Shown here: in pieces, positions 18,903 through 27,988 of the stretch
How positions within the stretch are numbered: the stretch's first letter is position 1
Layout: every line of letters begins with the position of its first letter
Origin: Gemmatimonadota bacterium
GTDB taxonomy: Bacteria; Gemmatimonadota; Gemmatimonadetes; Gemmatimonadales; GWC2-71-9
Assembly: GCA_039586365.1 (NCBI GenBank)
Contig: JBDHKN010000058.1
Span: 1 to 30,579, forward strand
Direction: 5' to 3'
Length of the DNA stretch: 30,579 bases
Translations under genes and position numbers: made by a program
The notes under the pieces: model-generated
The model's database searches: none
What the model was told of the DNA's origin: nothing
The model's input: only the letters and a program-made list of their open reading frames with translations

Positions 18903-20375
18903 TTAGGCGTTGCCCCTGTCGATTTCAACCACTGCTTCCGCTTCCATCTCGATTAAGTGCTCGTCTCCGATGAGCGCTGCCTGGACCAGTGTATTAACGG
19001 GCCGAATCGCTGCGAACCGAGCTCCGTGCGCGCGCGCCACGGGCTCCCAGTCAGTGAGGCTTCGGATGAACACGCGGGTCCGGACTACATCCTCTAGCCG
19101 GCCACCCAGTGATTGAATAGCACCCTCCACCTTGTCGATCACGAAATGGGTCTGGGCCGTGGGATCTTGTCCTCCAATGAGTCGGTCGCCATGAGTCGCA
19201 GTAGTTCCAGAAACCCAGATACGGTTGCCCCGTCGCAGAGCCCGACAGTACCCGGCAATCTGCTCCCACGGAGTCTCGCTCAACACCATCGTCCGGCCAT
19301 CCGGTCCCAGCTGTGCGACGTACGGAGATGGCAGCGCTTCGATGTGATGACTCAAGTCTCCGGACGCGGTAAGGAACGGCGGCTTGCGATACTCGTCACC
19401 GCAGTCTCCCGGAATAGGTCGCAACTTCGTTAGTGCTGCGTCGATTTCGGACCGACTCGTGTCGTCGAGTTCGAACTGGAACAGGCGGAGGTTGTCGCGG
19501 ACATGTTCACTCATCCCGAGTCGCGCGCCGATGATCACTCCGCCGACGGCAGGTTCCTCGAGTATGGCACGGCACGCAACGTTGGCCATCGAAACGCCAT
19601 GCCTCCGAGCGACACGTTCCACTGTGCGCAGCAGCCCCTGCAAAGCCTCCCAGCCGCCTGCCTCATTGATGAACCGCCGGTACTTCATCTCAGACCAAGT
19701 GCTCAGGTCCTCCCACTCGGGTTCCGGCTTCCCGAACCAAGGCTCTGTGAGAAAGCCCCCCGCAACAGTGCCGAAGGCCAGCAGCTTGACGCCGTGCTGT
19801 ACGCACAGATCGCACATGCCCAACCGGGCACGCTGGTCGATGAGTGAGAAGCACACCTGGTTCGACACAACCTCTATGCCGCTGTGGAGCACGATGCGCA
19901 GGTGTGCGGTATCGAAATTGGTGAGACCCAAGTGGCGGATGAGCCCCTCTTGCTTCAACTCCTGGAGCCAGAACAAACAATCGAGCCAGCTTGGATCGGG
20001 GTAGTTCCATGCATGGAACTGCAACAGATCGATGTGATCAGTCTGCATGCGGTCGAGCGACCGCCCAACTGCGACGCGTACATCATCTCTTGTGATTCGC
20101 CCGGGGCTCGGCACCCACTTCGTCAGCAGTTGCACAGTGCCTGCTCCGTGTACACGCTGAAACAGGCCGGCGATCTCTTCCGCTGACCCATAGTGGTCGG
20201 CCATGTCAAACGTCGTCAGACCGACGTCGACATAGCGCGCCATCGCCGCAGCCGTGGCCTCCGCATCGAGAGCCTTGCCACCCCGCTCCATATCCGCGAC
20301 CTGCCACAGTCCGGTTAGGACACGGGAGATCGTGAAGCCCGGCGCTAATTCGCAACGTTCTACGGCGGCTGTCAT
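18903..20375 (-). CDS. Aldo/keto reductase fused to C-terminal Rid (YjgF/YER057c/UK114) domain
   Basis: AKR motifs GLWQ, FDMADHYG, LTKW, LLQFH, GLTNFD, NQV; C-terminal PWEQIAGYCRA, VSGTT, LEDVVRTR, RPVNTLV, IEMEAEA. Start MTAA at 20375, 8 nt after the permease stop. Confidence 0.88.
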   Translation of the reverse strand: MTAAVERCELAPGFTISRVLTGLWQVADMERGGKALDAEATAAAMARYVDVGLTTFDMADHYGSAEEIAGLFQRVHGAGTVQLLTKWVPSPGRITRDDVRVAVGRSLDRMQTDHIDLLQFHAWNYPDPSWLDCLFWLQELKQEGLIRHLGLTNFDTAHLRIVLHSGIEVVSNQVCFSLIDQRARLGMCDLCVQHGVKLLAFGTVAGGFLTEPWFGKPEPEWEDLSTWSEMKYRRFINEAGGWEALQGLLRTVERVARRHGVSMANVACRAILEEPAVGGVIIGARLGMSEHVRDNLRLFQFELDDTSRSEIDAALTKLRPIPGDCGDEYRKPPFLTASGDLSHHIEALPSPYVAQLGPDGRTMVLSETPWEQIAGYCRALRRGNRIWVSGTTATHGDRLIGGQDPTAQTHFVIDKVEGAIQSLGGRLEDVVRTRVFIRSLTDWEPVARAHGARFAAIRPVNTLVQAALIGDEHLIEMEAEAVVEIDRGNA

Positions 20376-20383
20376 ACGGTCAG

Positions 20384-21898
20384 CTACTCCGGTGGAAGTC
20401 TGGTGAAGATCTCGGCGAGATCCACGCCAGTCGCACGCAAAGCTCGCACCTCGCGCAGGTAGACGGCGGTCGCTACCACCATAACCGCGAGCCATATAGG
20501 TGTCGAATGAAAATACCAGGCCGTGACGCGTGCATTGAGATCCTTCCAGATGTGTACCACGAGGAAACCGCCAAGCAAGCCCGTACCCAACAGAGCCAGA
20601 GTCACTCGAGCCTTGCGCGAGTACACAACGCGCACGTCCCGGGCAAGTTCCGGATTGCGGATCGGCAGCACCAACACAGATAGGCACATCAGTAGGAAGT
20701 TCACCAACATCGATGTGACGAGGATGTCCACTCCGAGGAAGAAATCTCCAGCCAGGTGACTTCCGAGAATGCCAACCGACGCCATGATCCCGCTGAGCAC
20801 TATGGCGACGTGGGGCGTGTGCCACCGCTGGTGAACGCTCGCGACCCGCCGGGGGAAGATCCCATCTTCCGCCCACGCGAACATCAGCCTCGAGACTGCA
20901 AGCAGCATTGCCGGCAGATCGTTGATCAGCGCAATGGCCGCGCCGGCCACAATCGCCACCGTCCAGCCGACCGGAAGCAAGTATCCCAGGAGTCCCGGGG
21001 CTGTGAGGTCCCGAATGGCGGACTCCTCGGCAATGTAGGCCCAGGGCACGGCGTGATACACTGCCGCGGTGAACAGCATGTAGAACGTTCCCACCGTGGC
21101 AATCGCTATCCCGATGGCAAGCGGCAGCGAACGGCCAGGATTTCGTGCTTCGCCTCCAGCTTGGGCGATGGAGTCGAACCCGATGAAGCTCGAGAAAAGG
21201 AGCGCAGCCGCTGCTAGAAAGACACCGAACCCAAACGGAGCCACCTCGGCCTCAACAACCACTCGACCCTCCCGCTCCAGCAACGCCGCGGCGAAGTCGC
21301 TGTGATCAAACGAGAAACCCGCGACGATCACCACGGCCCCTAAAACGAACATCAGAAACATCAGAGGTACGAGGGTCCGCTCGTAGAGCCGCACCCCACG
21401 TAGGTTGACGGCAACGAAGACCCACAGGAAGGTCAACGCCAAGCAGAGGCGTACTCCTCCCCAGTCCAATGCCACTGCCAGGGACTGAAGACCCAGCGCT
21501 GCGACGATATCTCGAAGGAAGGGAATCAAGACATACGACACCACCCCGATAGCGATGGAAAGGCCGAACCATTGGGAGAAGCTCGCCACGAAACCGAGGT
21601 AGGGATTGAGTGCCCGGCTCGCATATACATAGCTGCCGCCCGCTCTTGGCATCGCCGAGGCGAGGATGGCGTAAGCCAGTGCGGCGAGTACTGCTGGCAT
21701 CGCAGCAAACAGGTATGCGGGAAGTACGTAGGGACCAATGCCGGGCACGTTCCTTTGAATCATGAACGGGATGACCGTGATTCCCGCTCCCATCATGGAG
21801 CAGATGCCCGTCGCCGCCAGACCCATCAGGCTCATGTCGCGGGACAAGCCGGTGGCGTCGGCGTTGGTGTCCTGAGGGTCGCTGTGATACCGACTCAA
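20384..21898 (-). CDS. APC family amino acid/polyamine permease
   Basis: About 12 TM segments; GAGI, MPRAGGSYVY, FIGFD, GEARNP, SRLMFAWAEDG, TPHVAI; TTG start with GAGGAGG RBS. Confidence 0.92.
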   Translation of the reverse strand: MSRYHSDPQDTNADATGLSRDMSLMGLAATGICSMMGAGITVIPFMIQRNVPGIGPYVLPAYLFAAMPAVLAALAYAILASAMPRAGGSYVYASRALNPYLGFVASFSQWFGLSIAIGVVSYVLIPFLRDIVAALGLQSLAVALDWGGVRLCLALTFLWVFVAVNLRGVRLYERTLVPLMFLMFVLGAVVIVAGFSFDHSDFAAALLEREGRVVVEAEVAPFGFGVFLAAAALLFSSFIGFDSIAQAGGEARNPGRSLPLAIGIAIATVGTFYMLFTAAVYHAVPWAYIAEESAIRDLTAPGLLGYLLPVGWTVAIVAGAAIALINDLPAMLLAVSRLMFAWAEDGIFPRRVASVHQRWHTPHVAIVLSGIMASVGILGSHLAGDFFLGVDILVTSMLVNFLLMCLSVLVLPIRNPELARDVRVVYSRKARVTLALLGTGLLGGFLVVHIWKDLNARVTAWYFHSTPIWLAVMVVATAVYLREVRALRATGVDLAEIFTRLPPE

Positions 21899-21998
21899 GG
21901 AACCCTCCTCTCGAAAATGGGGTGCAGGCCCAGAGCCGAATGCTTGGCCGTGAAGCTCCTACTCAACCCCGCAACGTGCGAGCGATCGCCCAACCTTT

Positions 21999-22013
21999 GA
22001 GTTCATTGAACTC
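21999..22013. promoter_or_regulatory. Perfect palindrome, candidate operator in divergent promoter region
   Basis: GAGTTCA-T-TGAACTC between the APC permease and the TonB-dependent receptor. Confidence 0.4.
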
Positions 22014-22156
22014 GTGAGATCCAAAATGATGTGTTTGCGGACCGGATACGTCTATGGGTGACTCCGTCACCGACTATTGCGGCACGCTTCACCAGGCTGC
22101 TAGGAGTGTGTCGATCTGGGGCCGAACCAGACATCGCAACAGGTCCCGACTCGACA

Positions 22157-22185
22157 TTGCAGGACCCTGTACCCTGGAGTAGAAT
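22157..22185 (+). promoter_or_regulatory. Probable sigma70-type promoter of the TonB-dependent receptor
   Basis: TTGCAG-N17-TAGAAT about 85 nt upstream of ATG 22270. Confidence 0.55.
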
Positions 22186-22269
22186 CACGGAACCCCCACA
22201 CAAGAGACTCCCTGCGGTGAGCGTAGGCAAATGAAACCGCGTTTCTTTCAGATAGCGATTGGAGGGAAG

Positions 22270-25200
22270 ATGCACCGTACTCCACGGCTCCTGCCGAGGC
22301 TCGCGCCCTTGGTCCTATTTGTTCTGGCTACCCCGGACGATACCGCGCTGAGCCAGGGCGTGACCACTGCCGCAATGAACGGCATCGTCACCGCTCAAGA
22401 CGGCACACCTCTCGTTGGTGCACAGGTGGTGGCCGTGCACCTACCCAGCTCCACCCAGTACAGAACGGCCGTCAGAACTGGCGGCATCTACAACATCCGC
22501 AACATGAGGATCGGCGGCCCCTACAGGGTCACGGTGACCTTCATCGGTTACGCTCCACAGGTAGAGGAGGAGGCATTCCTATCGCTGGGTCAAAGCCTCG
22601 AATTGGACTTCCAGATGGCTCCGCAGGCAATCCAGCTCGAAGCCATCAGGGTGACGGCGGAACAGGACGAGGTGTTGAACTCAGACCGGACCGGTGCGGC
22701 CACATTCATCAGTCCGGAACAGGTGATGCAGCTGCCATCCGTCAAGCGTAGTATCAGAGATCTGACCAGGCTGGACCCCCGCAGCGACGGTAACTATAGT
22801 TTCGGCGGCAGGAATTGGCTGTACAACAACATCTCACTGGATGGCTCCTACTTCGGTAACGCCTTCGGTCTAGATGACCCGGCGCCCGGCGGACAGACCA
22901 GCGCAGAGCCGGTGCCGTTCGATGCTGTAGAGCAGGTTCAGGTCTCGATCGCACCGTTCGATGTACGCGAGGGAGGATTCACTGGAGCCAATATCAACAC
23001 CGTGACGAAGAGCGGCAGCAATGAGTTCCGCGGCTCGGCGTACACGTTCTTCCGCAACGAACAGTTGATTGGCAACAGGGTGCGCGGTACCGATGTCATA
23101 GCGAATCCCGATCTCACGTTCAATCAATCAGGCATCACGTTCAGTGGACCGATCCTTCGCGACAAGCTGTTCTTCTTCGTGAATGGTGAGATTGAGCGCA
23201 GGGACGATCCGGGCACCAGCTTCGTGGCGAGCACGGGCGGTACTCCGTCCTTCGGCGAGTCTCGCGTCGAGGCTTCCACGATGGACGCTATCCGTCAGCG
23301 TATGATCGACGTGTACAACTATGATCCCGGACCGTATCAGGGATACATACACGAGACGAACAACGACAAATTACTCGCGAAGCTCGACTGGAATATCAAC
23401 GAAAACAACAACCTCACGTTTCGATACAACTTCTTGGACGCGCGGCGAGATCTCCCGCCGCATCCGTTCGTCCTGAGCTTCAACAACACAGGGCGCGGGC
23501 CCAACGAGAGCAGTCTCCCGTTCCAGAACGCTGGCTACAAGATCAACAACGAGATGCACTCTTTTGCACTGGAGCTCAACAGCCGCTCGAGGACGTTTGC
23601 CAATCGCTTCTTTGCCAGCTATAACCGCCTGCGCGACTTCCGCGAGCCCTTCAGCGACCCGTTCCCGACGGTCGAGATCGGGGAAGGCGGCGTCACGTAC
23701 ACTACGTTGGGTCATGAACCGTTCTCAATTCACAACATCCTAGACACGGACGTCCTGCAACTCACGAACAACTTCAGCTACTTCGCCGGTCGCCACGTAC
23801 TCACGTTGGGCGCCAACTTCGAGACGTTCTCGTTCTTCAACTCTTTCAACATCTTTCGGCATGGAGTGTTCTTCCTGCCGGGGTCAATTGTTGGTGTGGG
23901 ATCGACCTTCTCGACTCTGAACGAGTTCTTCACTGCGACGGATCCGAGTGATCCGATCGACTTTGGCGCCTACGTCACTCCAGAAACCGAACCATTCAAG
24001 GGAGAAGAGATCGACGTGGGTCAACTTGCGTTCTACGCGCAGGACGAGTTCCTGGTTCAGGATAACCTCAACTTGACGCTCGGTTTACGGCTGGACCTAC
24101 CGATGTACTTCACCGATCCAGTGGCGAACCCGTTCTCGACGGGACTCACGGCACTCGACGAGAACGGCAACGCCGAGACGGTGAATCAAGCCAACCTGCC
24201 AGGCGCGAAACCTCTGTTCTCGCCGCGATTTGGCTTCAACTGGGATGTGAGAGGGGATAGGTCGACCCAGATCAGGGGTGGATCGGGCGTGTTCACGGGC
24301 CGAGTACCGTTCGTCTGGATCGGCAACGTCATCTCGAATCCCGGTGCAAACCCCAACCTGTACCCGAGCGCACCGCCGATATCTACTTCGGAAGATGCCG
24401 TGCTCCAGCAGTCGTTCGACCTCAACGCGATGGACCCCGACTTCACATGGCCCCAGGTGTGGAACACGAACTTGGCGATCGATCAGCAACTACCCTGGGA
24501 TATGCTGGGCACGTTCGAGGTTCTCTACGGCAAGGACCTGAACGCGGTGTTCATGCGGAACGCCGATCTAGTAGCGCCGGTACGGACGCTGCCCGATGGA
24601 CGGCCGTATTACGGTGGATTCGGCAACAACGAACTGAATCCCGACGGCGGCGGCGGCATCTACGTGCTGGACAATACGAGTGAAGGTTATCATGTGAACT
24701 TCACGGCCCAATTGCGCAAGGCGTTTGAGTTCGGATTCAACACCACACTCTCCTATACGTTTACCGAAGCCAAGAACCAGCTCAAGTCGACCGAAATCGC
24801 GAGCGTGCTGTGGCAGAACCAGCCCGTGACCGGCGATCCTAACAACCCGCAACTGAGCTTCTCCGAGTTCGGCAACCGGCATCGCATCGTAGCTGGGGCC
24901 AACTACGCACACGTCTGGTCGGAACTGGCAGCGACCGAGTTCGGGCTGTTCGTTGAGGTGGCGGAGGGCAACCGGTTTGCAGGGGCAGGCGGCAACAGGT
25001 ACTCGTTCCTCTACTCTGGTGACGTGAACGGAGACGGATACGGTGGCAACGACCTGATCTTCATTCCTGCCAGCCAGAGTGACATCATCTTCGATCCCTA
25101 TGATGATGCGAGTGGGAACACCGTGAGCCCTCAGCAGCAGTGGCAGGCGTTCGATTCGTTCATCGAACAGGATAGCTACTTGAGCTCGCACCGCGGCCAG

Positions 25201-25533
25201 ATCGCCGAGCGGTTTGGTGCGCTGAATCCGTGGTTCTACAACATCGACCTGAGAGTGCTGCAGGACTTCGCTATCTCCGCGGGAGGCCAACAGCACGCGT
25301 TCCAGTTGAGCGTGGACATCCTCAACGTCGCGAACCTCATCAATTCCGACTGGGGCGTCAGAAAAGTAGCCAGCGTCGCTGCGACGTCTCCCCTCGAATT
25401 GGTGCGATTCGACGCCAATGGTGCGCCGGTGTTCAACTTCAAGGGCGGTATGGGCACGCAGACCTTCATCGACGATCCAGGATTGCTCTCCCGGTGGCGG
25501 ATGCAGATCGGCTTGAAGTACTTGTTCAACTAG
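22270..25533 (+). CDS. TonB-dependent receptor, Oar-like, with N-terminal carboxypeptidase-regulatory-like domain
   Basis: GGAGGG RBS; signal peptide; GGPYRVTVTFIGY; APFDVREGGFTGANINTVTKSG plug motif; SPRFGFNWD; C-terminal QIGLKYLFN. Confidence 0.93.
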   Translation: MHRTPRLLPRLAPLVLFVLATPDDTALSQGVTTAAMNGIVTAQDGTPLVGAQVVAVHLPSSTQYRTAVRTGGIYNIRNMRIGGPYRVTVTFIGYAPQVEEEAFLSLGQSLELDFQMAPQAIQLEAIRVTAEQDEVLNSDRTGAATFISPEQVMQLPSVKRSIRDLTRLDPRSDGNYSFGGRNWLYNNISLDGSYFGNAFGLDDPAPGGQTSAEPVPFDAVEQVQVSIAPFDVREGGFTGANINTVTKSGSNEFRGSAYTFFRNEQLIGNRVRGTDVIANPDLTFNQSGITFSGPILRDKLFFFVNGEIERRDDPGTSFVASTGGTPSFGESRVEASTMDAIRQRMIDVYNYDPGPYQGYIHETNNDKLLAKLDWNINENNNLTFRYNFLDARRDLPPHPFVLSFNNTGRGPNESSLPFQNAGYKINNEMHSFALELNSRSRTFANRFFASYNRLRDFREPFSDPFPTVEIGEGGVTYTTLGHEPFSIHNILDTDVLQLTNNFSYFAGRHVLTLGANFETFSFFNSFNIFRHGVFFLPGSIVGVGSTFSTLNEFFTATDPSDPIDFGAYVTPETEPFKGEEIDVGQLAFYAQDEFLVQDNLNLTLGLRLDLPMYFTDPVANPFSTGLTALDENGNAETVNQANLPGAKPLFSPRFGFNWDVRGDRSTQIRGGSGVFTGRVPFVWIGNVISNPGANPNLYPSAPPISTSEDAVLQQSFDLNAMDPDFTWPQVWNTNLAIDQQLPWDMLGTFEVLYGKDLNAVFMRNADLVAPVRTLPDGRPYYGGFGNNELNPDGGGGIYVLDNTSEGYHVNFTAQLRKAFEFGFNTTLSYTFTEAKNQLKSTEIASVLWQNQPVTGDPNNPQLSFSEFGNRHRIVAGANYAHVWSELAATEFGLFVEVAEGNRFAGAGGNRYSFLYSGDVNGDGYGGNDLIFIPASQSDIIFDPYDDASGNTVSPQQQWQAFDSFIEQDSYLSSHRGQIAERFGALNPWFYNIDLRVLQDFAISAGGQQHAFQLSVDILNVANLINSDWGVRKVASVAATSPLELVRFDANGAPVFNFKGGMGTQTFIDDPGLLSRWRMQIGLKYLFN

Positions 25534-25555
25534 CCCCTGATCAGCATGGCGAAAT

Positions 25556-25582
25556 AGGGGCCCCGACTGAGTCGGGGCCCCT
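25556..25582 (+). terminator. Intrinsic terminator-like hairpin after the TonB-dependent receptor
   Basis: 12-bp perfect stem AGGGGCCCCGAC-TGA-GTCGGGGCCCCT about 22 nt after the stop; weak U-tract. Confidence 0.7.
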
Positions 25583-25859
25583 CGTTCGTGCCCTATTTGC
25601 AGCTGCATCGGCGAGGCGCGTGGGTAGTCCAAATCCATCAGTCTCTGCTGGGCACGCGCAACTGCTCGACTGGACAAGAGTCATCGGGCGATTCTCGGTG
25701 ATTGCCGCGGTGTGTCCCGAGATCGGCTTCCGCGACGTCAAGCGGCTGATCCGGACGGTGATCGAGCGTGTGCAAACACATGCATCACGGTCGGTCTACG
25801 ACGAACGGGTGCTATTTAGGTACATTTGATCATCCATATTCCAAGATGGAGGGCAGTTC

Positions 25860-26054
25860 ATGGCGAGATCGACCCCGCAGACACAAGCGAAACGAAAACG
25901 TGAACTTTCCAAGCAAGAACAACGCAAGGCCAAACAAGAACGACGCGCGCTGAGGAAAGAGCAAAAGGCTCAGAACGGAGGCAGCTCAGTTCCGGCTGGG
26001 CAGGATCCAGACCTCTACGGGATTGTTCCCGGCCCTCAGCCACCTCGCGAATAG
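25860..26054 (+). CDS. Small basic hypothetical protein (64 aa)
   Basis: GGAGGG RBS; K/R/E/Q-rich helix followed by DPDLYGIVPGPQP; sits alone in an intergenic gap and is followed by a hairpin. Confidence 0.75.
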   Translation: MARSTPQTQAKRKRELSKQEQRKAKQERRALRKEQKAQNGGSSVPAGQDPDLYGIVPGPQPPRE

Positions 26055-26065
26055 CTGGGGATGAC

Positions 26066-26089
26066 ACCTGCCCCCTTCAGGGGGTAGGT
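26066..26089 (+). terminator. Hairpin after the small basic protein
   Basis: ACCTGCCCCC-TTCA-GGGGGTAGGT (10 bp, one G-U pair) 11 nt after the stop; no clear U-tract. Confidence 0.45.
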
Positions 26090-26265
26090 ACCGCCTCAGA
26101 ATCACACGAAGCTACGACCGCTCCGGGATCTGGTTCGGTCGTGGCAATATCTCGGTGCCTCCCTGTGAGCCCTCGAAGCCGGCTCGGAATGTCCGGTGCG
26201 CGGAGTGATTCTCGCACCTGCTGATTCCCATCTGAGAACACTGCACGTCGCACAACACAAATCGG

Positions 26266-27660
26266 CTAAGGTACGATCCCCTGCACCACCGACTCCACGA
26301 TCTCATACATCATCTGCGTCCCACGCCGCACATTTTCAACCGAGATGCGCTCGTTGTTTCCATGTACTCCGGGGCTGTCCGCGACAGGAACCATGGAGGG
26401 ACTGAAGCCGTAACTCGTGATGCCGATCTCACGGAAGAAGTGACTGTCCGTGAATCCCGTGGAAACGCTGGGAATGACCGAAACGCCCGGGAAATGTCGC
26501 TCTGCGACCGTGGTCATCGCTTCGTAGAGATCCGTGTCCGTCGGCGACACGGCGGGAGCAAAAGCCATCAACACATCGATGTCCACTGCAGGGTCATTAA
26601 TGACGCTCCGCAACTCGGTCACGAACAAATCGGGGTCTTGGTCGGGCAACATCCGACAGTCGATCTGTGCGGACACTTCGGGCGGAACCACGTTGATCTT
26701 GTTGCTGCCTTCCAGCATCGTGATCGAACAGGTGTTTCGTGTAAGCGCATGCAGGCTTTGGTTTTCGATCTGGAGCTCGAGCAGTGCCTCGGGATCCTGC
26801 ACCGTTTCCGCCATGTTGACGTATCGACTCCGCCACGGCTCGGGCGCACGGTCAGCCAAGCCTTTGAAATACGTGTCCACGGCGGGAACGATGCGTGGCT
26901 CGAAGTTGTGGTTCTGGATGTTGTACAGTGCACGTATCAGCCGATTGACCGACGACATCACGCGCGGAGACGATCCGTGGCCGGGCGTTCCAATGGCCGT
27001 AATCTCTAACCAGATCGGTACCTTCTGGGTTACCTCAACTCCAAATTGCATGAATTCGCCGGCCACGCTTCCACCGCCCCCCTCGTTGAGCAACCAGCCG
27101 ACATTCTCAAACAGCTCGGGCCGATTCTCGACCAACCATCCCGCACCGAAGAATCCGCCGGCTTCTTCGTCGGCAGTGGCCATGAAGATTACATCGCGAT
27201 TGAGCGGCACGGAGGCGCGATGCAACGCCAGGAACGTTTGCAGGTGAAAGATGCCGAGAGTCTTTGTATCCAGTGCACCACGACCGTAGATGTGTTCGTC
27301 CTCGATCGCACCGGACAACGGGGACATATTCCAATACTCTTCGTCGGCCGGGACTACGTCGGTGTGGTGGAGCAGGACTAGGGCGGGCTCGTCTCCGCCC
27401 TCGAGAATCGCCCAGATGTTCCCCCGCCCCGGGGCCGACTCGGCGGTTTCGTAGGGAATCCCCTCCGCCTCGAATATGGCGGCAAAGAACGCCACTGCCC
27501 GAGTTTCGTTACCAGGCGGATTGATCGTATTGACCCTGAGATACTCTTGCACTCGTTCCACGGCTTCGTCGCCGAGCGCTTCGAAACTCACTTGCTGCGC
27601 AAGCGCATCGGGCAGTGCTATCGCACTGCACACAACGAGCAAACCTAACGTTCGCAACAT
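26266..27660 (-). CDS. M20/M25/M40 family metallopeptidase/amidohydrolase, secreted
   Basis: Signal peptide ending ALA-QQ; HTDVVP, GRGALDTK, DEEAGG, NEGG, GHGS, TDSHF, HGNNE. Confidence 0.92.
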   Translation of the reverse strand: MLRTLGLLVVCSAIALPDALAQQVSFEALGDEAVERVQEYLRVNTINPPGNETRAVAFFAAIFEAEGIPYETAESAPGRGNIWAILEGGDEPALVLLHHTDVVPADEEYWNMSPLSGAIEDEHIYGRGALDTKTLGIFHLQTFLALHRASVPLNRDVIFMATADEEAGGFFGAGWLVENRPELFENVGWLLNEGGGGSVAGEFMQFGVEVTQKVPIWLEITAIGTPGHGSSPRVMSSVNRLIRALYNIQNHNFEPRIVPAVDTYFKGLADRAPEPWRSRYVNMAETVQDPEALLELQIENQSLHALTRNTCSITMLEGSNKINVVPPEVSAQIDCRMLPDQDPDLFVTELRSVINDPAVDIDVLMAFAPAVSPTDTDLYEAMTTVAERHFPGVSVIPSVSTGFTDSHFFREIGITSYGFSPSMVPVADSPGVHGNNERISVENVRRGTQMMYEIVESVVQGIVP

Positions 27661-27855
27661 TCACTCACTCCGTGTCCAGAAGGAATCTTTGCAGACCGCG
27701 ACGAGCGCCGTTCTCGGCGATACGAACTTACCCGGCCCAACACCGTTGGATCGCCGCTTTGAGGGAGTCCGGGATGCTATTCAATCTCGGATACTCAACT
27801 GGTCCGTAGCGGCACAACTATACAGAGGCGGCACTGCAAAAGCGAGCAGCGAATC

Positions 27856-27871
27856 TGTGACAAGATTCACA
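27856..27871. promoter_or_regulatory. CRP-family consensus site
   Basis: TGTGA-CAAGAT-TCACA, an exact TGTGA-N6-TCACA match, about 195 nt upstream of the M20 gene. Confidence 0.5.
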
Positions 27872-27926
27872 AGCAACTGGACCCGTCATGGAGAGACTGA
27901 CCGACAATCAGTAGTTAACTCTCAAA

Positions 27927-27960
27927 CGAAGAGCCGAGGAACGATCTCCTCGGCTCTTCG
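27927..27960 (-). terminator. Intrinsic terminator after the His-rich lipoprotein
   Basis: 14-bp perfect stem CGAAGAGCCGAGGA-ACGATC-TCCTCGGCTCTTCG followed by TTT on the minus strand, 28 nt after the stop. Confidence 0.75.
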
Positions 27961-27988
27961 CAGGGGATCCGTGTGTGTCAGCGGCCGT

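Noticed and set aside
20376..20876. 167-aa N-terminal extension of the AKR-Rid ORF (657 aa in the track)
   Set aside because: Overlaps the APC permease in another frame; AKR similarity begins at MTAA (20375).
21899..22269. Riboswitch upstream of the TonB-dependent receptor or permease
   Set aside because: No cobalamin, TPP, SAM, glycine or lysine core motifs recognised by eye, and the predicted leader is only about 80 nt. An Rfam scan would settle it.
24568..25829. 369-aa minus ORF and 199-aa plus ORF overlapping the receptor 3' end
   Set aside because: Antisense or alternate-frame shadows that cross the terminator hairpin and have no motifs.
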